DNA of 64,000 nt from Trichosphaerium sp. ATCC 40318 (Eukaryota; Protista; Tubulinea). This document shows, in pieces, positions 1 to 12,554 of the stretch (position 1 is the first letter of the stretch; every line of letters starts with the position of its first letter). Under the pieces are notes generated by a model, which did not search any database, was not told the DNA's origin, and saw only the letters and a program-made list of their open reading frames with translations. The stretch spans positions 1 through 64,000 of the forward strand of contig JALMLS010000048.1 in assembly GCA_038496445.1 (NCBI GenBank). Reading direction: 5' to 3'. Both the position numbers and the translations under genes were made by a program.

Positions 1-2495
1 TAATGGTACGCGTTTTTGAAATATTTTTCCAACTAAATTGCTATCCGTTTTGCTTTCTTTCGCGGGAATGACCTTGCATTTAACAACGCGTTCATCAGTG
101 AGATATTAACGTTGGTAGAATTCTTCAGTCAATACCACTCACAAATACATCAACCACCTTCACCATACGCTCCTTCAGCACCTCCAATCGATGAAGACGA
201 GCTACTACATGAAGTTCCTTCATCACGCTCTCCGCCTGACACACATCATTCTCAAACAGCCCATTCCGGTCACATAGTCCAGTGGAACCTTTGTTCTTGG
301 TACGCTAACAGGATAAAAAAAAACAAGTTGCGAAAAAACCGCCTGAGAGTTCCAAATATGGTTATTTCGGTATTTGTTTGGTTGATGGTGGCAACTGTTT
401 TGCGTTTGTTGTGTGAAACAATTGTGTTTTTCAAAAATCAAAGCAACGTTTGGATCATTTGGTTCTAGAGTTTGACATTTTTTTTGTTTTTTTGAATTTT
501 ATTATTTACTGTTTCACAGCGTCCTGGAATTCTCCTTCAGTGCTGGGGTATTTAGGAAGGGCAGTTGGTATTGGAGTACGCTTATCAGTAAGTTAGAACA
601 ACCAGAAAATTTAGAGAAAGGAGAAACAATTACATCATCCATACTCTGTTTTCTTTTTCCTCAACTCCAGTCATTCTACAAAAGAGCAAATACCTCAAGG
701 TTCTATTCTGGTGATAACAAATTTTTAACACTGATGGCGTAGGAGTTTGAGGGAAAAGAGAAGCACATTAGTTTGGACTGTTTACTTTCCGTGTAGAAAT
801 TAGTTTTGTAGGTATCTAATGTGTTTAGAACATTCCGCACTACAATAAATCAAATAGCCCAACGGATGCCTTCTCTTAGATCTCTTGATGAACCAAGCAG
901 TTCTCCACCTCCTCCTATATTAACGCAACCTAATAGAGGTCGTTCTCCACTTCTTAATGAACCAGAAGTAATTTTACAAACCAACAGCAATTCATCAACA
1001 GGTACGCCACAAAATGCGAACACGCCAGAATTTTGCATAATTTGATTGAATCAATTTTTTGTTCTGATTTCATGTCAAGGCGATAGACAAGCGTCCAATA
1101 CTATTCCATCACCTAGAAGAGAGTCTATGGATATTGTATCACCTTCCGAAGATGACCCTGAAGCGACTGATAATGAAGATAATCAAAGACATCCAGTTCG
1201 TCAGTCAGTTGATATTATGAAATATGGAAAGTTTGAAATCAAACAGTCACACTTGGAAAAACTGTTTAGAAAGTGGTGCGAGTCTCTATTCTTCACACCT
1301 ACAAAGTACGTTAGGATCAAATTCACTCATCAAAACCAGTGAGCTCAGTGTGTTTATGTATTTGTAACACATGCAACGTTGAAGAGAGTGAAGCCAACTT
1401 TCATTCCTTTTTGGCTGTTTAAGGCAGACATTGATGTTAAGTACACTGGTGAAGCCTTGTGTGATCGTATGGCACCTCAGGTATGTGTTTATACTATGCT
1501 TAACTGATTTAAAGTGTTAACATATTTGAACAGGTGAATACAACGCTAAGAACTTTGGGTTACACATGTTGGTACAAGGACTGCTATTATAAGAATGTTT
1601 TGGTTTGTGGTCCTTGGAATCGTTGTCCATAAGAATTATTAAAAGATAGTATAAAACATGGACAAGAATCGATCGTATATGGCTGCAATAGGTCAACAAA
1701 CAAGATCCTTTATTCTAGGAGCCGGCTCGAGCATACCTCTATGTAAACTTCTTCAACTTTACAGAAACCTCTTTTTGTGCGAAGATAATGGTTTTTAATA
1801 AGCGTTGTTAGGCTCAAAATACGTTTGAATGGGTAATGGATCAGATAACATTGTTCATTGGCACACGTAAGGAGAAGTTTGAAGATGATAAGCCACCTGA
1901 TATACAACCACTTTCACATAAACCACTTGAAGAATCTTGGGATGGTCAAGGTGAGATTTTTTCGAAAAACAATTAGTTTGATCGTTCTACGACTAAACGT
2001 GCTTACATATAGTACTTGTTTATTTCGTTGTAATTATTTGTCAATTAACCTTTATTCTAAGGTATGGCTACAATTCGTGACAGCGAATTAAAGCAATGTA
2101 CAGCTCTTGTTAAAAAAGAAAATAACGCACAAAATGTGAAGAATGTTAACGTTCACATTGAGCTTCAACAGCGACAACATATGCTTGTATATTTACCAGT
2201 ATATATTGGATCATATACATTTGAATCTAAAGACTATTTAATAGTATTCAATGGCCAATCAGGAAAGATATATGCACAATGGTATGTCAAACAAACGAAA
2301 TTTTTTTTTGAAGTAACAACGCTTTTTTCTTTCTTTTATCACGTGATATAGTATCTAGTCACATTTTCTTATTATTATTTATTCTTATTCATTTATAGGC
2401 CTGTAACAACTATGGGTACAATTGTTCGTGCTGGAATCAGCACAGTGTCCTCTATTTTCTCTTCGTTTACGTCATCTTCCAAGGCGAATCCTTGA
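1..2495 (+). CDS. Mirror copy (5'-truncated at window edge) of the RING-finger gene at 4560-7473
   Basis: Left arm of the palindrome carries the same exons, ending ...SSFTSSSKANP-TGA at 2495. Confidence 0.6.
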
Positions 2496-3158
2496 TTTTT
2501 TTTTCTGCTTGCTTTGGATGCCACTAACAACATAAAATCGCAAACTAGTACTAGCACTCTGAACAGAATACGCTATTGTAAAACAACATCATGTAAATAA
2601 AAAACAAATACAATAATTTGTAATCAAGGCCAAGGCACACGCAAACAACCATTTATTTTTATGACTATACTACAAAATCCCTTTGTATGTTTGAATAATT
2701 AAAACCCTTACACCACTATCTTCCTCATCCAGCCAACGTTTCGTATGTCCTTTATACTTTATGTAGTCTTTACCAGAAAAGCATATTGGGAAGTTTGATT
2801 ATCTTAATGTAATGTCCTCAGCTTTTATGGTGTAGATCAAACAAGTAGTGAATGTCGTTTAGAGGTCGGTTGTACGGTTTAGCTATTTACCAAAAAGAGC
2901 TCAAATGACTACAAACAAGCTGTGTTAAGTACAGTGTCGGTCAAATTATTACAACGAACAGAATATTGGCTTAAAACCTTGTGTTCACCTTCAACGCATA
3001 AGTTGTCCACAACCTAGGCTAGAATATTGCAACAAAGATATGACGTGATTCTATATTCGGAATGAGTTGTCGCGTGGAGAGCAAAACAGGAAAGAAGGGT
3101 CGCGTGGAAAATCAAACACGAATTTACATTCAAGAGATAGCAATACCTTCTGTAAACG

Positions 3159-3487
3159 ATGAAGTACTTTAGGATTGGAATGCAGATATCATATTTTCTC
3201 TTTGTGGCGGCATTGACAATAATCCGTTATCCTCATAAAAGAAAAAGTAAGAATGAGAAAGTTGTGCAGGACAACAAAGGGTTTGTGGAAAAATGTATGT
3301 TGGTTATAGTTTCAATTGGCATGGGTGGACTCCCTCCTTTGAACATGATTTTCCCAAGCTTGCTTGAGTTTGCCAATTACCCCGATTGCCCAGAAGCTGG
3401 TTTCATTGGCATTTGTTTAATGCCATTGTCTATGTGGCTGTTTTATAGATCACATAAAGACCTTGGTACGAATTGGAGTGTTTCACT
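3159..3487 (+). pseudogene. Truncated mirror copy of the ICMT-family gene, cut by the fold-back junction
   Basis: Identical to 3897..3569(-) up to ...GTNWSVSL, then runs into the loop and stops. Confidence 0.7.
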
Positions 3488-3897
3488 ATCCAAATAGAGG
3501 TATACATAGGATGTCTGATATACTTGTATACACCGCCTGTAACAAGACTGTGCTTTTCTCGGATTTCAAGTGAAACACTCCAATTCGTACCAAGGTCTTT
3601 ATGTGATCTATAAAACAGCCACATAGACAATGGCATTAAACAAATGCCAATGAAACCAGCTTCTGGGCAATCGGGGTAATTGGCAAACTCAAGCAAGCTT
3701 GGGAAAATCATGTTCAAAGGAGGGAGTCCACCCATGCCAATTGAAACTATAACCAACATACATTTTTCCACAAACCCTTTGTTGTCCTGCACAACTTTCT
3801 CATTCTTACTTTTTCTTTTATGAGGATAACGGATTATTGTCAATGCCGCCACAAAGAGAAAATATGATATCTGCATTCCAATCCTAAAGTACTTCAT
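3488..3897 (-). CDS. Isoprenylcysteine carboxyl methyltransferase (ICMT/Ste14) family, copy 1, 3'-truncated at palindrome centre
   Basis: LGTNWSVSLEIREKHSLVTGGVYKYIRHPMY is the ICMT/PEMT-type motif. Intronless. The sequence after YTSIWI is the fold-back arm. Confidence 0.85.
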
Positions 3898-4559
3898 CGT
3901 TTACAGAAGGTATTGCTATCTCTTGAATGTAAATTCGTGTTTGATTTTCCACGCGACCCTTCTTTCCTGTTTTGCTCTCCACGCGACAACTCATTCCGAA
4001 TATAGAATCACGTCATATCTTTGTTGCAATATTCTAGCCTAGGTTGTGGACAACTTATGCGTTGAAGGTGAACACAAGGTTTTAAGCCAATATTCTGTTC
4101 GTTGTAATAATTTGACCGACACTGTACTTAACACAGCTTGTTTGTAGTCATTTGAGCTCTTTTTGGTAAATAGCTAAACCGTACAACCGACCTCTAAACG
4201 ACATTCACTACTTGTTTGATCTACACCATAAAAGCTGAGGACATTACATTAAGATAATCAAACTTCCCAATATGCTTTTCTGGTAAAGACTACATAAAGT
4301 ATAAAGGACATACGAAACGTTGGCTGGATGAGGAAGATAGTGGTGTAAGGGTTTAATTATTCAAACATACAAAGGGATTTTGTAGTATAGTCATAAAAAT
4401 AAATGGTTGTTTGCGTGTGCCTTGGCCTTGATTACAAATTATTGTATTTGTTTTTTATTTACATGATGTTGTTTTACAATAGCGTATTCTGTTCAGAGTG
4501 CTAGTACTAGTTTGCGATTTTATGTTGTTAGTGGCATCCAAAGCAAGCAGAAAAAAAAA

Positions 4560-7473
4560 TCAAGGATTCGCCTTGGAAGATGACGTAAACGAAGAGAAAA
4601 TAGAGGACACTGTGCTGATTCCAGCACGAACAATTGTACCCATAGTTGTTACAGGCCTATAAATGAATAAGAATAAATAATAATAAGAAAATGTGACTAG
4701 ATACTATATCACGTGATAAAAGAAAGAAAAAAGCGTTGTTACTTCAAAAAAAAATTTCGTTTGTTTGACATACCATTGTGCATATATCTTTCCTGATTGG
4801 CCATTGAATACTATTAAATAGTCTTTAGATTCAAATGTATATGATCCAATATATACTGGTAAATATACAAGCATATGTTGTCGCTGTTGAAGCTCAATGT
4901 GAACGTTAACATTCTTCACATTTTGTGCGTTATTTTCTTTTTTAACAAGAGCTGTACATTGCTTTAATTCGCTGTCACGAATTGTAGCCATACCTTAGAA
5001 TAAAGGTTAATTGACAAATAATTACAACGAAATAAACAAGTACTATATGTAAGCACGTTTAGTCGTAGAACGATCAAACTAATTGTTTTTCGAAAAAATC
5101 TCACCTTGACCATCCCAAGATTCTTCAAGTGGTTTATGTGAAAGTGGTTGTATATCAGGTGGCTTATCATCTTCAAACTTCTCCTTACGTGTGCCAATGA
5201 ACAATGTTATCTGATCCATTACCCATTCAAACGTATTTTGAGCCTAACAACGCTTATTAAAAACCATTTCAATCGAAGCCAAAAAATCCTAGTGAGAAAA
5301 AAAAAAGAAAAAAAAAAAGAAGCGAGCGAGACAAGCTACAGAAAAATTACGCCTGTTGACATACAGATACTATACGATCAAGATCCCAATCTCCATCTTT
5401 TATACTATCTTTTAATAATTCTATATGTGACAACGATTCCAAGGCACCACAAACCAAAACATTCTTATAAGTAGCAGTCCTTGTACCAACATGTGTAACC
5501 CAAGTTCTTAGCGTTGTATTCACCTGTTCAAATATGTTAACACTTTAAATCAGTTAAGCATAGTATAAACACATACCTGAGGTGCCATACGATCACACAA
5601 GGCTTCACCAGTGTACTTAACATCAATGTCTGCCTTAAACAGCCAAAAAGGAATGAAAGTTGGCTTCACTCTCTTCAACGTTGCATGTGTTACAAACCTA
5701 CATAAACACACTGAGCTCACTGGTTTTGAGTGAATTTGATCCTAACGTACTTTGTAGGTGTGAAGAATAGAGACTCGCACCACTTTCTAAACAGTTTTTC
5801 CAAGTGTGACTGTTTGATTTCAAACTTTCCATATTTCATAATATCAACTGACTGACGAACTGGATGTCTTTGATTATCTTCATTATCAGTCGCTTCAGGG
5901 TCATCTTCGGAAGGTGATACAATATCCATAGACTCTCTTCTAGGTGATGGAATAGTATTTGACGCTTGTCTATCGCCTTGACATGAAATCAGAACAAAAA
6001 TTGATTCAATCAAATTATGCAAAATTCTGGCGTGTTCGCATTTTGTGGCGTACCTGTTGATGAATTGCTGTTGGTTTGTAAAATTACTTCTGGTTCATTA
6101 AGAAGTGGAGAACGACCTCTATTAGGTTGCGTTAATATAGGAGGAGGTGGAGAACTGCTTGGTTCATCAAGAGATCTAAGAGAAGGCATCCGTTGGGCTA
6201 TTTGATTTATTGTAGGTGCGGAATGTTCTAAACACATTAGATACCTACAAAACTAATTTCTACACGGAAAGTAAACAGTCCAAACTAATGTGCTTCTCTT
6301 TTCCCTCAAACTCCTACGCCATCAGTGTAAAAAATTGTTATCACCAGAATAGAACCTTGAGGTATTTGCTCTTTTGTAGAATGACTGGAGTTGAGGAAAA
6401 AGAAAACAGAGTATGGATGATGTAATTGTTTCTCCTTTCTCTAAATTTTCTGGTTGTTCTAACTTACTGATAAGCGTACCTCCAATACCAACTGCCCTTC
6501 CTAAATACCCCAGCACTGAAGGAGAATTCCCAGGACGCTGTGAAACAGTAAATAATAAAATTCAAAAAAAAACAAAAAAATGTCAAACTCTAGAACCAAA
6601 TGATCCAAACGTTGCCTTGATTTTTGAAACACAAATTGTTTCACACAACAAACGCAAAACAGTTGCCACCATCAACCAAACAAATACCGAAATAACCATA
6701 TTTGGGAACTCTCAGGCGGTTTTTTCGCAACTTGTTTTTTTTTATCCTGTTAGCGTACCAAGAACAAAGGTTCCACTGGACTATGTGACCGGAATGGGCT
6801 GTTTTGAGAATGATGTGTGTCAGGCGGAGAGCGTGATGAAGGAACTTCATGTAGTAGCTCGTCTTCATCGATTGGAGGTGCTGAAGGAGCGTATGGTGAA
6901 GGTGGTTGATGTATTTGTGAGTGGTATTGACTGAAGAATTCTACCAACGTTAATATCTCACTGATGAACGCGTTGTTAAATGCAAGGTCATTCCCGCGAA
7001 AGAAAGCAAAACGGATAGCAATTTAGTTGGAAATATTTCAAAAACGCGTACCATTAGTCTTTGGACGTTCAGGGCTAGCTGGTATACGCGTAGGTTGACT
7101 TGACGCAAGACTAATCTTTCGTTTGTTATCCTTGAGTTTGGTTACAATGCTTTGAAGGCTTGTGTTCTTCCGTATGCTTAGAACGCCTTCAGGATAGGAA
7201 GAGGGTTCTCTAAAGTAAACGTTACATAATAAAAAGTCTGGGAAACGTACATACCTGCACAACGGGCAATCAATCACGCAGTTATCGCTCTGTTTCCCTA
7301 AACACAGTGAGTCAGCCGTTAGAATTTACAATTTACGTACAAATGTCGATTAAACACATTGTACAATACGAGTGCATGCACTTTAATGTTCTGGGTTCTG
7401 TAAACAGTGATAAACATACTGCACAAACTAATTCTTCCTCCAAATCAGCTACTAGCTCTGTTTCCTTTGCCAT
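4560..7473 (-). CDS. Spliced C3HC4 RING-finger protein (putative E3 ligase) with Pro/Ser-rich middle and a conserved C-terminal domain
   Basis: N-terminus MAKETELVADLEEELVCAVCLSLFTEPRTLKCMHSYCTMCL...IDCPLCR is a TRIM-like RING. Later exons read KLFRKWCESLFFTP, FIPFWLFKADIDVKYTGE and LVYLPVYIGSYTFESKDYLIVFNGQSGKIYAQ. GT-AG introns. Confidence 0.8.
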
Positions 7474-7619
7474 TGTTACAGAAATGGCATAGGCAAGTGG
7501 ATAAACAGGCCAGAGAGTCCGTTTTTTGTAAGTCAAGTAAGAACGTTAAGTGAGTAGAAACGATTTTCTGAACGCAAATTTTTTTTCTTTCACAAAAAAT
7601 CGTCTCTACGCTGGTAATG

Positions 7620-8150
7620 AGGAATTTCGACTCGTAAAAAGTTGAGCGTAAAAATAATATGTTTCAGAGATTTGGTCTTTTTTTGGTTTATTTTTACGCT
7701 CAAAACTTTTCACTCGTAATCGTAATTTACATGTAAATGTTGTTAGTGAACTACTGAGGCTTAACCTATGTTTTATTAAGTTTGCAAGGTTGTTAATAAT
7801 GTCACAGTGATTGAAAAAAAAACCAATTGATTCACTTCTATTGATGAGAGCCTACTGAGCACTTTCTAATGACTTTAAAGTATAACGTTGCAAAAGCAGC
7901 GTTAAACAACGTTTCAATGTATCCGAAGAGCTTGTATAAGGACCAATAACAAGTGGTGATCTTTTTTTGTATTAATGACTGTATTGTGCAACAAATAAAT
8001 AAAGTGTTTTTGAATGAGTTACGATTTACGAGTGAAAAGCATTGAGCGTAAAAAAAACGTAAAAAACTAAACCCAAAACTGTCGTAAAACTAAGTCCATT
8101 CTTTGAAACCAGAAATTTTTACGCTCAGCTTTTTACGAGTCGAAATTCCT
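7620..8150. mobile_element. Non-autonomous DNA transposon (MITE), 531 bp
   Basis: Terminal inverted repeats AGGAATTTCGACTCGTAAAAAGTTGAGCGTAAAAAT / ATTTTTACGCTCAGCTTTTTACGAGTCGAAATTCCT. A second inner inverted pair lies at ~7691-7727 / ~8016-8057. TAATG direct repeats flank both ends (7615-7619, 8151-8155). No ORF. Confidence 0.85.
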
Positions 8151-8160
8151 TAATGAAGTC

Positions 8161-10674
8161 ATGGAAAAGAAGAATCAGCTTGTAAACTTATCAAAGAACG
8201 TAGCAGGATTAACTAGAAGTGCTTCGTTACGTATAAAAGCTAAACGAATATCTAAATCTATTGATGATGCTCTTGGTATTAACGCATCGCTGTCATTTCG
8301 CGAATCAATACAAAAAATGGAGGCTGACGTTAAACGTTCGTCTATTGACACAGATGAAAATACAAACTTCTATCTTGCAAATGCTGTAACGCCTGAACGT
8401 GTGGGCCACTTTTACGAGTATTTCGTAATTTTGGGTGCGTCAGACAAGGATGCTAAAGAACCAACTGTTCAATACGTATACCCTGCACGAGCCTATGCGT
8501 AAGAAATGCTTTATGTTGTACCAAAAACCTAATATTTGTGTTTAGAAAACTACTACCTTCTTTAGCTCAATTCTGCTTCCCAAAAGGATACGCAATTAAG
8601 GAAGTACAGCGTACAATGAGCTATACTGCCGTTAACGAGGTATGTATTTTTAATTATAAAATCGAGTTTATTATTGCTCTGTGAGCGCGAAGCCGCTCCA
8701 AAACGCGGAAACCGGCGTTGCATATTGAAATACCTTTTTTTCTGAAAAAACAAAACCAGACATGCCTAAAACGCTATTAAAGTACATCTAACACGTTTAT
8801 TCACTAGGTACTGTACGGAAGTTTAAACGAAGCTGAAGATGCAGCGAATTCTTTTGTATTTTTACTATCAGGAGGCGAAGAGTTGCTCTATGGAGTATGT
8901 GTTACTACTACTGTAATGCTTGAAGGTTTTGGCGGTTCAGTACGTAATTTTTAACCGTTTTGTCTTTAACGAATGGTAGAGTGGCGGATCTTCATCTGCT
9001 AGACGTCATGATTACGCTCAGAGTCAACCAAATCAAACAGCAGTGTTTGCTCCAAGATGTTATTGTTTTATTACAAAGTTTCCCTTTTTTCAACTTCATT
9101 TTGAAGTACTTTACAGTTTGGTTGGTATGTCACTTTTCCAAGTCATTTATTTCTGTATCTTATTTCTTCTAAGCTCAACAACATTTACTTACTGTGAACG
9201 CCGCACTACTGGAGCAAGGCACCCCACGGATGGACAAACACGGAATCGAAGAAGGTACGGCTGAATTGTATTCAGTTTTTTTTTTTATCTTCAAGTGTTT
9301 CTTTAATCCCTCGTGTTTGGTGTACTTTATGAACTCTTAAGTAACTATATTGTGCGTATTAATATTTAACATGGTTGTAGGTTGGTTAGAAACGGCAGGA
9401 AAGTTACTGGAAATGTACTTTGCACATGCTGTTCCAAGAGAAAATAGGGGTATTGATTTTCAGCTTCCAGGTGATCTAAGAAACGTCAAATTCAATTGTC
9501 CGGTAGTAAAACTTATAAATTATATCTTTGATATTGGTTTACTTACATCATGATATTTAGACAGGTGACGAGAATAAACTCATTGCACAATTTTGTCAGG
9601 TATTGATGGAGGTTTTTTTTTCGAATGATTTTGTTGTTGTTTGTATTAAATCATTATTTAGGCTACTCTTTTTCGTCTTCTTTCACTTCCTAATATCTTA
9701 CAATTGGTTGGTTGTTGCTTGCTAGAAAGACAAATACTTATAGTTTGTCCTGATCCTGGTATATTGTCAGCAATAACGTACGTTGCTAAGCAACCTATAA
9801 TAGCACTCATTCCTTTTTAACTTGTTGTTTTAGACTTGGGTTAATACCAATTATACGTCCTTTTACTATACAAGGTGCTTTTATACCAGTACTTCCATAT
9901 GATGATATTTTTGTAACATGCCTTGATGCACCTGGTATGTCATGACTTGGTTTTTTTATTATTTTCTTTTTTGTTTACCACTGTCTCATTGTTGACATAT
10001 ACTGCTTAGTACCATATATTATGGGATTAACGAAGCTACCTGATATTGTCAATACTGAAAAAAGATTTTCAGATCACGTGATTCTAGATGTCACAACAGA
10101 CAAGTTTAGATTACCCAAAAATTTTAATGCTTTTAAAATGTTACCTGATTATGGACCGCTGCAACGTAGCCTCAAACCTTTCCATCAATCAATACATAAG
10201 GCTGTATCTTATGCTAAAAAGTTAAAAACTCCTTTTAAAAGCTCTACAGCAGAGTTACAAGCAGTACAAGGTATCACTGATGTCATGAATACTTATAGTG
10301 TGAAACTGATAGAAAAGTTCGCACAAGCAGTTCCACCAAGTCTTCATGGTTCGAAGTACGTACTTGGTCATTTTTCAAATTGGTCTAATGTATTTATGTT
10401 TATTAGACGTTTGTTTGATGGTACACCAAACTCTACAATGATTGGAAAACTGCCGAGGCAGTACAGGAAGTTTTTTAAACATTTTATGAATACACAAATG
10501 TTTGTTACATACATGGAGAAATTCATGGATGTTGTTGCTGAAAAAGAACGTACAGCAGAGGCTTTATTGAATAAATTAGAAGAGATTATTAGAACACATA
10601 GCGAACATAGGGTTCGTGGTAAATCATATGCGGTATCACCTATGGGTCAAGTCTTTAATCGTATGAAAATGTAA
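8161..10674 (+). CDS. DENN-domain protein (putative Rab GEF), spliced
   Basis: uDENN/cDENN motifs FYEYFVILG, QFCFPKG, FVFLLSGGEELLYGVC, PRCYCFITKFPFF, LLERQILIV, FIPVLP, LDAP-VPYIMG; dDENN motif FFKHFMNTQMF. Confidence 0.92.
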
Positions 10675-10864
10675 AAAAAGAAGGGGAAAAAAAAAAGAAA
10701 GAACGAAGGTCACTAACTTTTTTTGTAAATACATTGTGACAGTTGATTGTATTTAAAAAGTATGTTTGTGTATTTACTTGATAAAACATTACATATTAAG
10801 TAACCTCCTTGGTGTTTCTTAGTAGTAATTCAGATGACATAGAAACAGACCTTTATTTTGTTGA

Positions 10865-12250
10865 TCATGGAGCTGATAAGAACGTCAAACAATTTTCAAG
10901 GCGACGATTACATGTACTTATTCGTTTTAGAGGAGGGCACGTTTCTTCTTCACAGTCTACTTCAACATCAGAGCCAGCACGAACGCAGCAGCTAAAATAG
11001 TGTAAAGAAACATGATTATTCGTATGGACTTTTTACGTATCAAACTCTCCAGAGTTTCCTGAAACTCGCCCATCTACCATTGTGTTTTTGGTAATACTTT
11101 CTATAAGAATTCTATCATTTCCATCGCCACCAGCAACAATGGTATTCGCTGCTGATGAAGGTTCTGCAAAAAATTAAACAAACAAAAAAAAAAGTATTGT
11201 TTGCATACGAATGACAACTTCTGATACTATGATAACATCGTCATCGCCCTCACCAATTATACTTTCTACAAAAGAGCACTTTGCACTGATAACATCATTA
11301 CCACTACCGCCTTATGCACGTGTAAGCAGTTTGCTAGCAAAATACAAACAACTTTTTTCTGTTGAGAAAGTACCTGCAATACGCTGAACATCACTGTTTT
11401 GTACATCAATACAATCGTCATTAGAACCTCCAAATACGTCCCCTACAAAACTGTGTACGAATTCATAAGGCAGAACTTTAATACAGTCATCTCCATTTTG
11501 TCCACTCAAGCGGTCCCTATTTTGATACAAAACATTAAATGCGCAGGAACACTTTGCCACTTACGGTAATATACCACGTTTTTTTTCACTGCTGATAGCC
11601 ATACTACCTTCGAAAATGATATCATCATTTTGGTTTCCTCCATTAACTGCTTCGGTAGTAGATTGGGTGACTCTGATACAATCATTGCCATCGCCTGATG
11701 TTGTGTTAATAGTAAAAAAAAAATACAACTAACCTCACCTCCTACTATTCTGGTTGTTGTAGCTCCATCAATTACACGAATGCAATCATCACCTTCATTA
11801 CCACTTATCTGACCGGTTTTTGCACTTGAGCCTCTGACAAGGATACAATCATCACCATCAGTTCCAATAACTAAATCAACAGTAGTCTCAATAATAACGC
11901 AAGTGCCAATATCTTCGAGCCTCACTTAACAAACTCTTTTAATAAACACCAAATGTACTAAATAGACAGAAAAGTATAAAAATATCAAAGTTCTTCAAAC
12001 ATAAAAAAAAAATAGGACCTACCAAAATTTGAGCCATCAGGTGTTGCTATATTACAATTATTTTCGAAATCGCATGTAGTACACGCCATACACCTACAAT
12101 CACACCCAGGCACTTCAGGTAAGTCTGGCTGCGCGTAAAAAAGGCTTGGAACTAAGTTGGTGTAAACGCTAAGATAATTTGTTATTAATCTTGATTGGTA
12201 CAAAAGGAAAGCCAAAGTATGAATATCTTATGAATAGATGTTGTTTCCAT
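10865..12250 (-). CDS. Secreted Cys-rich protein with RTX/hemolysin-type Ca-binding GGxGxD-like repeats (paralog A)
   Basis: Signal-like N-terminus METTSIHKIFILWLSFC, then CDCRCMACTTCDFENNC. Repeats GTDGDDCI, GNEGDDCI, GQNGDDCI, GGSNDDCI, GGSGNDVI, GGDGNDRI. Cys-rich C-terminus. Multiple introns. Confidence 0.75.
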
Positions 12251-12554
12251 TGTTTTAATTACTGTATATATCCCAATCTGAACAAGGAGGTATGTTGATT
12301 GTGAATCCGCTAGAAACTGAACGTTAATTATCACGTGTTGTTCATCACAAAAAGTAGATTTGTATATGTCCGAACTGTCATGATTATCGGTTTTTGTAGT
12401 TTTTAGGCACTAGCATCACAACCACGGATTATCGCGTAACGACACGCGAATTCTCGAAAAATTTACGGGATATATTACACGTGTATTGAAAAAAATAAAC
12501 AATGCCAAAACGATTGATCTACAAAAAAAATTTATTCTTCTTTGGTTTCTTTTT

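Larger units (their letters stand above)
1..7056. repeat. Giant inverted repeat (fold-back): arms 1-3487 and 3569-7056, 81-nt loop 3488-3568
   Basis: Window start TAATGGTACGCGTTTTTG is the reverse complement of ...CAAAAACGCGTACCATTA ending at 7056. Mirrored ORFs are identical (2064..2351+ vs 4704..4991-; 1858..2091+ vs 4964..5197-). The arms differ mostly by small indels and one garbled patch (~1680-1790 vs ~5270-5400). Confidence 0.97.

Noticed and set aside
6413-6934. 173-aa plus-strand ORF
   Set aside because: Antisense to the spliced RING gene, runs through its introns, and is not preserved in the mirror arm.
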